From positions 9,046 through 73,045 of the forward strand of contig JANRKP010000007.1 in assembly GCA_033763415.1 (NCBI GenBank): 64,000 nt of DNA, read 5' to 3'. Below, piece by piece: positions 37,702 to 48,457 of this stretch. The stretch comes from Candidatus Melainabacteria bacterium (GTDB lineage: Bacteria > Cyanobacteriota > Vampirovibrionia > Vampirovibrionales > JAJTHC01). A model generated the notes under the pieces. The model was given only the letters and a program-made list of their open reading frames with translations. It searched no databases and was not told where the DNA came from. A program made the translations under genes and the position numbers. Position 1 is the stretch's first letter. Every line of letters starts with the position of its first letter.

Positions 37702-38814
37702 TTAATCTTCCGGGGTCAGGGTTTCTACGGTAAACGGCGTGGTTTGTTTGGGGCTAAAGCGAATATGCACCCCATACACGTCCCTGTCTCCATAAACAAT
37801 AACCCGGGTCACTTGCGACAGAAGCCCTCCGGTCTGTGGGTCGCGCAACGGATGATCCACCCGAAACAGGTGGGAATCGCCATGAACAAGTAACACCGGC
37901 TTTTGGTAGGCTTTTACCAGCCGAACTAACGCTTCGGTAAACGGTAAAAATCCCGCACGCACCGCCTCGGGCTGCTCTAACATCGGGTCTGCATGGAAAA
38001 ACAACCCGACCGCCGGAGCATTCTCGCGCCGGGCCACCTCAAACACGTGGGTTAGCCAGGCCTCGTTGGCCAACTGCCGATCTTTAAATTCCGACAGACC
38101 TGCCAGCGATAAATGGTTATTGCTCCCCACGACATGGAGGGTGGCAAACACCACGCCGTTTACCTGCCACAGCATATTTTCCACATAGGGGGCATGGGGG
38201 CCGGAACGATAAGCACCCACCGTGGGCAGCGCATTGCCCGAAACCAAAAACGCCCCTTGACGCTCCAGCCTGTGTGTTTTTTCCAGGCCCGCCGTATAAA
38301 ACACATGGCGCAGCAAATGGAGGCGTTCTAAAGGGTCGTAGGCGCCCGCCCTTAAGCGACTGCAATCTGTCCATTCGTTATCGCCAGGCGTGTAAAATAA
38401 TGGCGCAGAGACCAACTGCATTTGCGCCAGTCTGGCCTCGTACAGCGATCGATCACAGGGCTCCGTGCCCGATTTAATATCGCCCACGTGCACCACAAAA
38501 TCGGGCGCCAAACGGTTTATTCGCCCAATTAACCCCTCAACCTTCGCTCCGTCTTCGGGCACGTAGGGCATATCGCCAAACACCGCCATATCCACGGAAG
38601 CCGAATGAGGGACGGGTCTTGTTGAAGAACCCCGTTCCCGACGGTTAGCAACAGCGCTGGCTTTGGGCCGAACTGCTTTTTCGATGTGTGTTGCCTGTTG
38701 TGTTGAAGACGGCAAAACGGCCTGCGCCAGACTGCCGCAAGAGAGCAAATAAACCGTGCCCAGCAGAAAATAGGCAACCAGTACAAAGCAGGAAAATCGC
38801 TGAATTGGGGGCAT
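37702..38814 (-). CDS. Calcineurin-like metallophosphoesterase, secreted or lipoprotein.
   Basis: Signal-peptide-like N-terminus (FVLVAYFLLGTVYLLSCGS). Phosphoesterase motifs DMAVFGDMPY ... VHVGDIKSG ... GDNEW ... HVVGSNNH. Confidence 0.8.
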   Translation of the reverse strand: MPPIQRFSCFVLVAYFLLGTVYLLSCGSLAQAVLPSSTQQATHIEKAVRPKASAVANRRERGSSTRPVPHSASVDMAVFGDMPYVPEDGAKVEGLIGRINRLAPDFVVHVGDIKSGTEPCDRSLYEARLAQMQLVSAPLFYTPGDNEWTDCSRLRAGAYDPLERLHLLRHVFYTAGLEKTHRLERQGAFLVSGNALPTVGAYRSGPHAPYVENMLWQVNGVVFATLHVVGSNNHLSLAGLSEFKDRQLANEAWLTHVFEVARRENAPAVGLFFHADPMLEQPEAVRAGFLPFTEALVRLVKAYQKPVLLVHGDSHLFRVDHPLRDPQTGGLLSQVTRVIVYGDRDVYGVHIRFSPKQTTPFTVETLTPED

Positions 38815-39266
38815 TCGTCATCCATCCACTGTAAGTTTATACCAGCCAGCACTCTAACACAGAGAGAGAGCCCAGCGGCACACAAACGTGCGGCATACAA
38901 ACCTACTGGGTCTCATTTGAGCGTTAAAGGCTAAAACCCGTAAAACAGTCAGGAGACAAATCGAGCATTTGCCATGTGCTGATGCAAACAATGGCGGTAG
39001 ACTTCTTGAAGTTGGCTTGCCACAAGACAACGCCGCATACGCCCGAGAATTCAAAACGATCCGTGAGGCTTAACATTACAGAATGTAGCAAATCCACGAA
39101 TTGTCCTTGTGCATGGACCTACTTGACAGATACGATGCCAAAGATTCAACTTTATTTATTGAGTTGAATAAGGCCATTCCTCTTCGAGCAACTTTTGCAT
39201 TCTCTGACTGAACGCCGTTTAATTCTTTACACACAACGCCGATCTAAACACACAACGCGACAATCT

Positions 39267-40331
39267 ATGCTTGAACTTTCCATTCAGCGCGGTGGGCCTA
39301 TTTCCATCCACCACCAGTTGGTCACCCAAATCTCTCTACAAATTGCATCGGGCAGGCTACCCGAAGGTAAGCGCTTGCCGAGCATTCGGGCAATGGCCAG
39401 CCGGTTAAACGTTCATTACAACACCTGTCTGGCGGTTTATAAGGAACTGGAAGCCTCCGGCCTGGTAGAAATTCGCCAAGGCAGCGGGGTGATCGTTTTA
39501 AACAAGGCCCAAATTGCCAACGCACTGCTATCTTCCTTAGATACCAAGTTGACCAGTACCGGGTTGAATCGTTTAACACAGCAGTTTTTAACCCACGCTT
39601 ACCGAATGGGCTACACCTGGCCCGATATTTTAGAGACCTTGGAACAAAATCGTCTACACCTTCAGCACGAAGGCCCTTCCACCCTATACTGGGTTAGTGC
39701 CAACAGCGATTGGAGCCCACTCTACATTGCCGAGTTGGAGCGTCTTTTGAAACAACCGGTGCTTGCGCTAAACCCCACCGAAGAGCGACTGACCCAATGC
39801 CCGGCCAACAGCCGATTTTTAACCGAACAGCACCAAGTTAGCCTTTTGCAGGACTTATTGGGCGCCGACCCGCGCATTACCGGGGTCGAATCCAGTTGGT
39901 GCCCCAACGACCTGGACACCTTGCGCAAATTGCCCTCTGGCACCTTCGTTCTGGTTTTATCCACATCCAGCCTATTTCTACAGTCGGTAAGCGCTTTGCT
40001 CAAAGCGTTGCGTGGCAGTGAACTGGCCGTTACTGCGCTAAGGTACCGCCCTGAGGCCAGTGTCAGCCATCAGATTAGCAGCGCACGCATTCTGCTGACC
40101 GATTGCCTGGTGGGAGATTTACTCATTGGCCTAACAGATAAACCGCTCCGAGTGCTCTCGCTATTGCCGGTTCAGGAACAAGCGCGGCTAAAAGCGCTAT
40201 TGCTGCCAGAAACAACAGCCCAGGCGCTGGCCAATCCAACAGAGACGGACACAGCAGAAGATTTGGCGTGGAACGGTCAACAAGCGCACGAAGAGCAACC
40301 CACCGACCGACGACCCACCGTGGGCGTCTAA
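39267..40331 (+). CDS. GntR-family transcriptional regulator with a C-terminal effector domain of unclear type.
   Basis: N-terminal winged HTH: IASGRLPEGKRLPSIRAMASRLNVHYNTCLAVYKELEASGLVEIRQGSGVIV. The internal Met is chosen; the track ORF starts at 39195. Confidence 0.7.
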   Translation: MLELSIQRGGPISIHHQLVTQISLQIASGRLPEGKRLPSIRAMASRLNVHYNTCLAVYKELEASGLVEIRQGSGVIVLNKAQIANALLSSLDTKLTSTGLNRLTQQFLTHAYRMGYTWPDILETLEQNRLHLQHEGPSTLYWVSANSDWSPLYIAELERLLKQPVLALNPTEERLTQCPANSRFLTEQHQVSLLQDLLGADPRITGVESSWCPNDLDTLRKLPSGTFVLVLSTSSLFLQSVSALLKALRGSELAVTALRYRPEASVSHQISSARILLTDCLVGDLLIGLTDKPLRVLSLLPVQEQARLKALLLPETTAQALANPTETDTAEDLAWNGQQAHEEQPTDRRPTVGV

Positions 40332-41260
40332 CGCGGCCGCAGCGGGTAGACGGTATCGAGTGGCGGGCTTTCAAAGCGCTGGTTTGCCTCCAACAGCACC
40401 ACCTTTAGCTGGCTGCCCTGGCTAAGCGGTTCGGTCTGAATTCGGGTGTAGGGATTACGAACCGGCTCCTTTTTATCGCCAATGTACTCCTCCTGCTGGT
40501 AAACTTTCTCTGGTTTAGCCTCGCTGTAATAGGTGACCGGTTCGTTGGTGCTTCCGGCTGCGGTTAGCGTCAGTTCAAACAAGCGCAAAGACCCCTTCCA
40601 TACAGAAATGTGCCGCTCCACCGAAGGGTTGGCGTTTGCAGAGGCGGTGGTCGTCATCGTTGGTTGCATGGTGGGTCGCATGGTGGGTTGCGTTGTCTGT
40701 CGAACCAGGTAAAACCCTGCCGGAATCAACTGCTCATCCACCCGAATCGCCACCGGCAGTCGCAGCAGCGGGTCCGGCCTTGCCACAGATAGCCGTGGCC
40801 CCACATTGACAATATCTTCTTCCTTGGGCGGAGGGGCTTCGGCCTGCTTTTTGTTGCCAAACGGCCACCATTTTCTGCCGTTTTTCTGAGGCGTTGGCGA
40901 ATGATCGGCAGGAAGGTTCAGCGCACCCGGCACACCGGAAGGAGACAAAACCTGCCCCTGCTTTGCGGGGGATTGCACCGGCGCTTGGCCCGGAGTGGGT
41001 GAACTGACCGTTTGCTGGTACGGAATCACCTCGCCTGGGGCGTAATAGCGCCGGGCATTGGCTGGGTGTCCTGGCGGGTAAATAACCGGTGGGGCGGGCG
41101 CCGGATCGTTGTCTTCCAGCAGGGTATACCAGCCGTCATCATTTCCACCCCCCGATTCTTGCGCAAGTAGGACGGGCGCGGGCACCGGTGCCCAGCCAAC
41201 GGCCTGCAATACCAGCCAAAGCAGGAGTACAATCGGTAAAAATCCACCGGCATTCAACAT
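40328..41260 (-). CDS. Proline-rich membrane-anchored hypothetical protein.
   Basis: N-terminal TM/signal anchor LPIVLLLWLVLQAVGWA, then a Pro-rich region (PAPAPPVIYPPGHP..., SPTPGQAPVQSPAKQGQ). The upstream part of the track ORF (to 41359) is a likely 5' over-extension. Confidence 0.5.
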   Translation of the reverse strand: MLNAGGFLPIVLLLWLVLQAVGWAPVPAPVLLAQESGGGNDDGWYTLLEDNDPAPAPPVIYPPGHPANARRYYAPGEVIPYQQTVSSPTPGQAPVQSPAKQGQVLSPSGVPGALNLPADHSPTPQKNGRKWWPFGNKKQAEAPPPKEEDIVNVGPRLSVARPDPLLRLPVAIRVDEQLIPAGFYLVRQTTQPTMRPTMQPTMTTTASANANPSVERHISVWKGSLRLFELTLTAAGSTNEPVTYYSEAKPEKVYQQEEYIGDKKEPVRNPYTRIQTEPLSQGSQLKVVLLEANQRFESPPLDTVYPLRPR

Positions 41261-41489
41261 CGTTCGTCTACGGAGAAGCATTGGACAGTGTTTCCTCACG
41301 GGGGGTGCAGAACTCCTGTAAATAGCCGAAATACACCTCATAGCTGCCCGAACCCGCAATCGCAGCTCTTACAATAAATCGCTAAGGAAACAGGCTTCCG
41401 TTTCGGTTCACACCCCTGCGGGGGGGGAGGTCTCGTTCGGTCTCGGTCTGGTTCAGCACCGTTAAGCGCTGGGAGGGTTCGCATCTACT

Positions 41490-41624
41490 ATGGACTTTAG
41501 AGAACTTACCGTGGTTGTCAACAAGTACCTTGCCTATATTTTAAACGCCTTGCTGGTTGCCGCCTTCATCGGAATGATTGGCTTTAGTGTTTTTGGCGTG
41601 TACAAAATGGCCACCAGCCCCTAG
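41490..41624 (+). CDS. Candidate small single-pass membrane peptide (44 aa).
   Basis: GGGAGGG ~12 nt upstream of ATG. MDFRELTVVVNKYLAYILNALLVAAFIGMIGFSVFGVYKMATSP has one predicted TM helix. Below the ORF-track size cutoff. Confidence 0.3.
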   Translation: MDFRELTVVVNKYLAYILNALLVAAFIGMIGFSVFGVYKMATSP

Positions 41625-41856
41625 GCCGAACATCCGCTAAGGCACGGCCGTGCCTGTGGCAACAAATCTCAATTTAAATAATAAAAAACAAAATACTGAC
41701 ACTCGTGCTACCTTTATTCCTTCTCAGTCATACGATTGCACTTCTACGATTGGACTTCCTGGGTCATTAGGGTGCGTCCCTCAAGTCGATGGTGTCATCT
41801 CCCGCTTTGACCTAAAGGAGGTTGGATAGAGACTTTGAAAGAAGGAGCCGGGGTCC

Positions 41857-42774
41857 ATGCGTTTATCAAACAACCCGCTGGGCGTATTTGCGCGACATTC
41901 GCACCCGTTTTTTGTAAAGACAGAGCAGGTACCTCAACCTCAACAGCAGCCCTTTTCCCCGGGTGGCGCACTCCAGCAAGGCCCGTTCTATAGTCGCCTT
42001 GGGCAAGATGTGTTTAGCCCGGCCACACACCCCTCGGAAGGGCCCCGGCTAGCAAGCCCGTTGGCACAAAAATTTGGGCAGACCGAACCGGCAGCACCCG
42101 CAGGCAGCCCCGATGATTTTCAGTGGCTCCAGGCGCTGAACCAAAACGCCGACAAAGCCAACCCCAACGCCCCCGTGGCCATACCCGCCGGAAGCAACCT
42201 AAACAACCGGCAGTTGCAGGGTTCAAACCTTCACCGTGCCCAGCTCAACCAGGTGCGTCTGCAATCGGCCTGTTTGGCCCACAGCAATTTAAGCCAAGCC
42301 CAGTTGCAGCAGGCCCAGTTGCAATATGCAAACCTGCAAGGAGTCGATCTTCGGGAAGCCAATCTTCGCCAAGCCAATCTTCAAGGGGCAAACCTTCACC
42401 AAGCCAACCTTGCCAAGGCAAACCTAAGCGGCGCCAACTTGCAAAATGCCGACCTCAGCGGTGCGGATTTGACCCATGCCCAACTCAACGGCGCCAACCT
42501 CAGCCATACCCGCTGGAACAGCGCCATACTCGACGGCACCCAGCTGTCCGGAGCCAAGCTCAACGGCGCAGATTTTAAATCCGTGGCTGTTCTTCAGGAT
42601 GTGCAGGTGTACAACTACGGCCAGCAGAGCCACTACCAAACCAGTCAATTTCCGCCAGGCACCCGACACTGGTTTTTTAAGGCCAACCCCAACCACCCGG
42701 AAACTCGGGTAATAGAAGCCTGGCTCAACCCCAGCTTTCCCACCCACGGCAAGGTAACCTCGCCAACAACCTAA
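41857..42774 (+). CDS. Pentapeptide-repeat protein.
   Basis: Tandem A(N/D)LxxA(N/Q)L pentapeptides (ANLRQANLQGANLHQANLAKANLSGANLQNADLSGADLTHAQLNGANL). The N-terminal ~110 aa is Pro/Gln-rich. Confidence 0.85.
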   Translation: MRLSNNPLGVFARHSHPFFVKTEQVPQPQQQPFSPGGALQQGPFYSRLGQDVFSPATHPSEGPRLASPLAQKFGQTEPAAPAGSPDDFQWLQALNQNADKANPNAPVAIPAGSNLNNRQLQGSNLHRAQLNQVRLQSACLAHSNLSQAQLQQAQLQYANLQGVDLREANLRQANLQGANLHQANLAKANLSGANLQNADLSGADLTHAQLNGANLSHTRWNSAILDGTQLSGAKLNGADFKSVAVLQDVQVYNYGQQSHYQTSQFPPGTRHWFFKANPNHPETRVIEAWLNPSFPTHGKVTSPTT

Positions 42775-42926
42775 GGGGCCTGCCCGCGGGCTTTGTGTTG
42801 ATAATGCCTGCCACTCAATGCTTTTGGATATAATAGACGAAGCTGCTTCGGCCCAAACAGGCCGCCCACGCCTTGGCCAGTTTGCCTGTGCTCGGTTTGT
42901 ACAATCCGTGGAGGAGAACACCCCCC

Positions 42927-44231
42927 GTGCTCGATATTCGTCGCATTCGTCAGGAACCAGAACTCATCAACGCCGCACTCCAGCGACGAAACCCAACCCT
43001 CAGCGTGGACCCCATTTTAGCGCTGGACGTCGAACGGCGAAAACTCCTCCAGGAAGAAGAAACCCTGCGCAGTGAGCGAAACCAACTGACCAAACAGGTA
43101 GCGGAACTTAAAAAAAACGGGCACGACGCCACCGAACCATTGGCGCAATCCAAAGCGGTGGGGGACCGCATTAAGCGAATTGAGCAAGAGAAAGAGGCCC
43201 TGGATCATCAGCAAAACACACTCCTGCTCACCATTCCCAACATTCCGCTAGACAGCACGCCCACCGGAAGTTCCGCCGAAGAAAACCGGGTCATCAAAAC
43301 CTGGGGAGACGACTTCAAATCCCGAACCCTCGCCAACCCGAAACCTCACTGGGAAATTGGCGATCACCTGGGCATTCTGGACTTTGAACGCGGCGTGAAA
43401 GTGGCCAAGTCTCGGTTTTCCGTCTACCGCGGCGTGGGCTCTCAACTGGCCCGTGGGCTCGTGGGCCTAATGCTGGACCTGCACGCCCACCACGGCTATG
43501 AAGAAATTCTGCCCCCCTATTTGGTTAACCGGGCGGCAATGCAAGGCACGGGGCAACTACCCAAGTTTGAAGAAGACATGTTCAAGACGGCGCAAGACGA
43601 TCTGTTTCTCATTCCCACCGCCGAGGTGCCCCTGACCAACCTTTACCGAGACGAACTGCTGGAAGAAGCCGCACTACCGGTACAACTAACGGCCTATACG
43701 CCCTGTTTTCGCCGGGAGGCGGGCAGCGCCGGACAAGACACCCGAGGGCTGATTCGTCAGCACCAGTTTGACAAGGTCGAGCTGGTCATGCTCATTCATC
43801 CGGCGCAAGCCGCCGCCGCCCACGAAAAGCTGATTGCTGACGCCGAGCGGGTGTTACAAGTATTGGAGCTTCCCTATCGATTGCTCGAACTTTGCACGGG
43901 AGATCTGGGCTTTGGCGCGGCCCGGTGTGTGGATATTGAAGTATGGATGCCCGCCCAAGGCGTGTATCGGGAAATTTCCAGTTGCAGCTACTTTGGCGAT
44001 TTCCAGGCCAGGCGGGCCAACCTCAAATATCGCGACCGCGAGACGGGAAAGCCCACCTATCTGCACACGCTAAACGGTTCTGGGCTAGCTGTAGGAAGAA
44101 CCATTGCCGCCATTTTAGAAAATTACCAGGCGCACGATAACGAGGTAATAGTGCCCGCTGCGCTAAAACCGTATTTGCGAAATAACCCCGAGGTACTACG
44201 CTGCCTTGACGACGCCTGCCCCGTTGCCTGA
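42927..44231 (+). CDS. serS: Serine--tRNA ligase.
   Basis: N-terminal coiled-coil arm ([14 protein letters not shown]...), class II motifs ([25 protein letters not shown]; [18 protein letters not shown]). GTG start inferred; the track ORF starts at 42873. Confidence 0.9.
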   Translation: MLDIRRIRQEPELINAALQRRNPTLSVDPILALDVERRKLLQEEETLRSERNQLTKQVAELKKNGHDATEPLAQSKAVGDRIKRIEQEKEALDHQQNTLLLTIPNIPLDSTPTGSSAEENRVIKTWGDDFKSRTLANPKPHWEIGDHLGILDFERGVKVAKSRFSVYRGVGSQLARGLVGLMLDLHAHHGYEEILPPYLVNRAAMQGTGQLPKFEEDMFKTAQDDLFLIPTAEVPLTNLYRDELLEEAALPVQLTAYTPCFRREAGSAGQDTRGLIRQHQFDKVELVMLIHPAQAAAAHEKLIADAERVLQVLELPYRLLELCTGDLGFGAARCVDIEVWMPAQGVYREISSCSYFGDFQARRANLKYRDRETGKPTYLHTLNGSGLAVGRTIAAILENYQAHDNEVIVPAALKPYLRNNPEVLRCLDDACPVA

Positions 44232-44556
44232 GTTTCAGCCTGCTGTAGTCAATCCGGCTGATGTGTTGGCCTTGGCGCCAAACGATGAAACCCCGGATGA
44301 ACCGACTGCAGAGCTTGTTTGCGCCATTACGCAAGACAACGTGTTACCACCCGAAGCCGAAGCATCGGCGGATTGTGCGCTTTTGGAGACAGAAGCAGGG
44401 GCAATCGGCCAAGCGCCGTTGGAGTCTTTTCGAGAAACCCTGAGCGCCAGTATTAACGTGGAGCTGGGCCCCGATCCCACCCAACCCCTTACGCCACACG
44501 AACCCGTCACCCTGAGCGTGGAAGCGGGCTTTGTTGAAAGCTTTACCTTTTTACGC

Positions 44557-45606
44557 ATGGCCTTGGCCCAGGGCGTCTCAGATATTCACCTGCGGGTGGG
44601 TACGCCCCCGATGCTGCGCAAAGACGGCGATATTCTCTTTACCAAACTGGCCCCGCTGAGCGAAGCGGGAATGCAAGCTTTCCTTAAGGATATTTTGCCC
44701 GAAGCATTGCAAGAGCGCGCCCAACAGCAAACCGACCTGGATTTTGGGGTGGAAATGGACCGAGGCGCCCGGTTTCGGGTAAACCTTTTTTACGAAATGG
44801 GCCGCATGGGCCTGGTGTTGCGCGTTATTCCGGCACACATTCCCACCATTGAGCAGTTGGGCATACCGGCCGTCATTAAAAAGTTTGCCGAACTTCCCAA
44901 AGGCATTGTGCTCGTCACGGGCCCTACCGGCTCCGGGAAGTCCACCACCTTGGCCGGGTTGCTGAACCTCATTAACCACACCCAATCGCGCCACATTGTG
45001 ACCCTGGAAGACCCCATCGAGTTTGTCTACAAAAATGCCAAGTCGGTCATTTCTCAACGGCAGTTGGGCACGGATACCGACTCGTTTCCACACGGGTTGA
45101 AGTACGCCCTGCGCCAGGACCCTGACGTGATTTTGCTGGGCGAGTTGCGAGACCGAGAAACCATTAACAGCGCGCTGCACGCCTCGGAAACAGGCCATTT
45201 GGTTTTCTCCACCCTGCATACCACCGATGCCGTACAGACCATTAACCGAATTATCAACGTGTTTGAACCCCACGAACGAGAGCCGGTACGCCAACAGTTG
45301 GGGGCCGTTCTAATGGGAACCGTGTCTCAGCGGCTGGCCAAGCGGGCCGACGGACAGGGCCGGTTGGCCGTGGCGGAAATTATGATGGTAACACCGGCCG
45401 TACGAGACTATATTTTAAAAGGCCAAATGGACGAAATTTACCAATTGCTGCGCGAAGGCGAATACGACGGCATGTGCAGCCTGAACCAGGCCTTGTTTCG
45501 GGCCTACCGAAACGGACTGATTACAGGCGATGAAGCGCTACGGGTTTCTCAAGAACCGCTGGAGCTACAGCAAATGCTCCGCGGCTTCTATCACGGAACC
45601 CAGTAG
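44557..45606 (+). CDS. pilT: PilT/PilU-family type IV pilus retraction ATPase.
   Basis: MALAQGVSDIHLRVGTPPMLRKDGD, Walker A VLVTGPTGSGKSTTL, the conserved Asp and His boxes, and the C-terminal AIRNLIREGK-equivalent region. The track ORF begins at 44206, overlapping the serS 3' end. The upstream 117 codons lack PilT homology, so the start is set at the internal Met. Confidence 0.85.
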   Translation: MALAQGVSDIHLRVGTPPMLRKDGDILFTKLAPLSEAGMQAFLKDILPEALQERAQQQTDLDFGVEMDRGARFRVNLFYEMGRMGLVLRVIPAHIPTIEQLGIPAVIKKFAELPKGIVLVTGPTGSGKSTTLAGLLNLINHTQSRHIVTLEDPIEFVYKNAKSVISQRQLGTDTDSFPHGLKYALRQDPDVILLGELRDRETINSALHASETGHLVFSTLHTTDAVQTINRIINVFEPHEREPVRQQLGAVLMGTVSQRLAKRADGQGRLAVAEIMMVTPAVRDYILKGQMDEIYQLLREGEYDGMCSLNQALFRAYRNGLITGDEALRVSQEPLELQQMLRGFYHGTQ

Positions 45607-46277
45607 CAGAAGCCGCCCAAGACTGCTTCGAAAGGCTTCTCAAATCTGAACGCTTATACTATACTATTTATAGTGGAGGATGCGTTCAATTCCGCCCAAG
45701 ATGCGTTGACGGATTCCCTCCATGGCGTTCAAAATATAAAGATGGCAGCGTCGTACCAACGGTAATCCAAATGGTTATCCAAAGAGTCGCTGCTACCCTG
45801 CCAAAACAACCCAAATACCGGGGGCGGTTATTACCCATCCACTGCTTGAGGTTGTATGATGGAAACAGAGTCACAGCGCATCGCCAAACACATACGCCGG
45901 GGACCAATGCCAGAAAGATTCAACCCGGGCCCGCTCTGGCCGATGACTATGGAGACAACGTTTTTATTGACAACAACGGCCGGAGTCAATGGCTCCTTTC
46001 CGCCGAAATGATAACCCGACAAGCCAAACGCCAGTAGAGAGTTAAACGGAAAGTATCTTGTTCCAAGGGTCACCAGACCCCGCCAGAGGGAGGCTTGCCG
46101 CAGGGAAGCCCCACCGTCCGCGGCAAAGCCATTGGCCTCTGGCAACAGGTGTTCCTAAGCGATAACGCCAGCGATAAAAGAAATGAGAACCAGGATTAAA
46201 ACGGGCGGTTCCAACCGGAACACACCAGACTAGAACCACGGTGCTAGAACCAAGGTATCAGGGTGAGACAGGACACA

Positions 46278-48311
46278 ATGAAAGTGAGGTTTCGATTGAT
46301 TTCTAGGCGGTTGAGTCAGGCGTTGTGTGCCAGCATTGGCCTATTGGTCAGTCTCGTCGTGTCTTTACCGGAACTGGCCCCTTTCTCACCCAATACGCCT
46401 GCATCCGCCATCCTGCCCGGCGCATCAGCCGGTGTGTTATTCAGCGCCGTGGCAGCCACGCCAGAAGTGGTGGATATTCAGGCCATTAGCGTTTCTGCCG
46501 ATGGACGCACCCTACAGCTACAAAGCAGCGGCCCGTTGGGTGCACCCAAAGTGTTGCCCTACACGGTTATGAAGCTGCCCAACCCCAGCCGGATGATTAT
46601 CGATTTTCCCAACGCCCGGCTTAACCCGCGCCTCACGGAACGGGTGATTCCGTTACGCAAAAACGGACTGATTGAAGCCATCGTCTCAGAGAACCGCGGC
46701 ACCCTCTACAGTTCGGTTCGCATGACGCTGTATGTGGATGGTTCTGACACGCTGAACAAGCTGAAAGCGGCCTACGATGACCGCAACCTGGTTTTAACAC
46801 TCAACGATTCTCCACAAAAAATAACCGAAGCCGCAGCCAGTCCGGCCAACAAACCACCCTCACTGCCAAACACGGCCACGGCGGAAACCACCGCCGCCCC
46901 TCCCAATGCCGTGGTGGAAGCCACGACTCGCGAAGACAAGCGCCAACGCATTAAAGATATCTACTACCGCGATGGTCGGCTGACCATTGCCGGTTTACCG
47001 GGTAGCGAACTGTTTGTTAAACGACAATTTGGGCTGGAAAAGCCCAGCCGACTGGTTATTGATATTCAGAACGCCGTCTTGGTCAATAAAGACCTGCTGG
47101 CCCCCATTAACCCTGGCCGACCCGAAGCCAGCCAGATTCGCGTGGGCCAGTTTGACGAAGACACGGTACGCATTGTCATGGATACGCAAAGCCCGCTCGG
47201 CTTCCATGCGGTGTACCCAGAAAAAGATCGCGCCACATTGGTCCTTCAGCACGCCTCGCTGTCTAAGGGAGATGAAACCTTTGCCACGGTGCCCAACACG
47301 GCGGTTGCCGGGCTAATTAAAACCATTGCCGTGGCCCCTCACGATAACAAAGGGGTCAGTCGCATTCTCGTGGAATCCAACGTACCCATTGCCCACCGCC
47401 TGCAACATTACGGACGCCGCATTGTGGTGGATTTGAGCAACCTGGCCAACCCGGCTGGCGATGTGCAGTACGATGTGAGCCGCTTCCCCCAGTTTGCCAG
47501 CGTGCGGGTGGAAAGTAACCCTGCTGGCCGACCGGGTAGCCGACTGATTATCGATCTCAAAAGCCCGGTCGAACTGGATACACAGTCCATTAACAATCAT
47601 CGCGGTCTGGAACTCTCCCTCATGCCGCAAGAGAACCCCTGGCAGGATGACGATGACCCCAATGAGGCCGCAGGCACCTCCATTGTGATTGGCAATTCGC
47701 ACCACCGTTCCACCAGCGGACGCAAGGCGCCCTATGCCGCCCGCGTGGTAGTGGATGCAGGCCATGGCGGCAAAGACAACGGCGCCACTCGGGCCGGGGT
47801 GATGGAAAAAGAACTCAACCTCCAGGTGGCACTGCGCCTTAAAAAAGCCCTGGAAGCCCGCGGTTTAAAAGTGTACCTGACCCGCAGCAGCGATGTATTT
47901 TTGCCACTGCCTGAAATTACGGCCATTACCAACCGCATTCAGCCGGATTTGTTTGTGAGTGTGCACCACAACGCCAGTACCAACAGCAGCATTTATGGCA
48001 TAGAAACCTACTATTACACCTCTCGAAGCCTACCACTGGCCAATCGCGTTCATAAGCAAATGGTACGCACCGTGGGCGCCCCGGACCGTGGCACGCGACG
48101 CGCCATGTTCTACGTGATTCATCACACCAATGTGCCAGCCATTCTGTGCGAGGTGGGTTACGTATCCAACCCCAACGAGCGAGAAGACCTAACCACCGGC
48201 CAGCGCCAGCAAAACACCGCCGAAGCCATTGCCGATGGCGTGGTGGATTATTTGCGAAGTTCTACCACGGCCCAAGCACCCAGCGATATGACCAACATTG
48301 CGGAACCTTAA
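46278..48311 (+). CDS. N-acetylmuramoyl-L-alanine amidase (Amidase_3, AmiC-like) with N-terminal AMIN domain(s).
   Basis: Signal peptide. AMIN-like beta-rich repeats (...RMIIDFPNARL..., ...RLVIDIQNAVL..., ...RLIIDLKSPV...). C-terminal catalytic domain (VVDAGHGGKDNGA ... SVHHNA ... EVGYVSNPNE). Confidence 0.85.
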   Translation: MKVRFRLISRRLSQALCASIGLLVSLVVSLPELAPFSPNTPASAILPGASAGVLFSAVAATPEVVDIQAISVSADGRTLQLQSSGPLGAPKVLPYTVMKLPNPSRMIIDFPNARLNPRLTERVIPLRKNGLIEAIVSENRGTLYSSVRMTLYVDGSDTLNKLKAAYDDRNLVLTLNDSPQKITEAAASPANKPPSLPNTATAETTAAPPNAVVEATTREDKRQRIKDIYYRDGRLTIAGLPGSELFVKRQFGLEKPSRLVIDIQNAVLVNKDLLAPINPGRPEASQIRVGQFDEDTVRIVMDTQSPLGFHAVYPEKDRATLVLQHASLSKGDETFATVPNTAVAGLIKTIAVAPHDNKGVSRILVESNVPIAHRLQHYGRRIVVDLSNLANPAGDVQYDVSRFPQFASVRVESNPAGRPGSRLIIDLKSPVELDTQSINNHRGLELSLMPQENPWQDDDDPNEAAGTSIVIGNSHHRSTSGRKAPYAARVVVDAGHGGKDNGATRAGVMEKELNLQVALRLKKALEARGLKVYLTRSSDVFLPLPEITAITNRIQPDLFVSVHHNASTNSSIYGIETYYYTSRSLPLANRVHKQMVRTVGAPDRGTRRAMFYVIHHTNVPAILCEVGYVSNPNEREDLTTGQRQQNTAEAIADGVVDYLRSSTTAQAPSDMTNIAEP

Positions 48312-48457
48312 AGCAATCTCATCACTTCTAGTGCCGGAAAAATCGCTACCAGACCGTGCTGCGCTTTCTGTGCTACACTTTAGCTGCTTGTTTTTAAGTT
48401 GGTTTGTTAGCACCGTGGGCAGCGGCCCAACAGTGGATGAATTGTTCAGGCAGCCCT

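Noticed and set aside
44206-44556. N-terminal 117-codon extension of the pilT ORF
   Set aside because: It has no PilT homology, an acidic low-complexity composition, and overlaps serS. It is more likely non-coding upstream sequence than a real extension.
44578-45294. 238-aa minus-strand ORF inside pilT
   Set aside because: Antisense shadow ORF of a strongly supported PilT gene.
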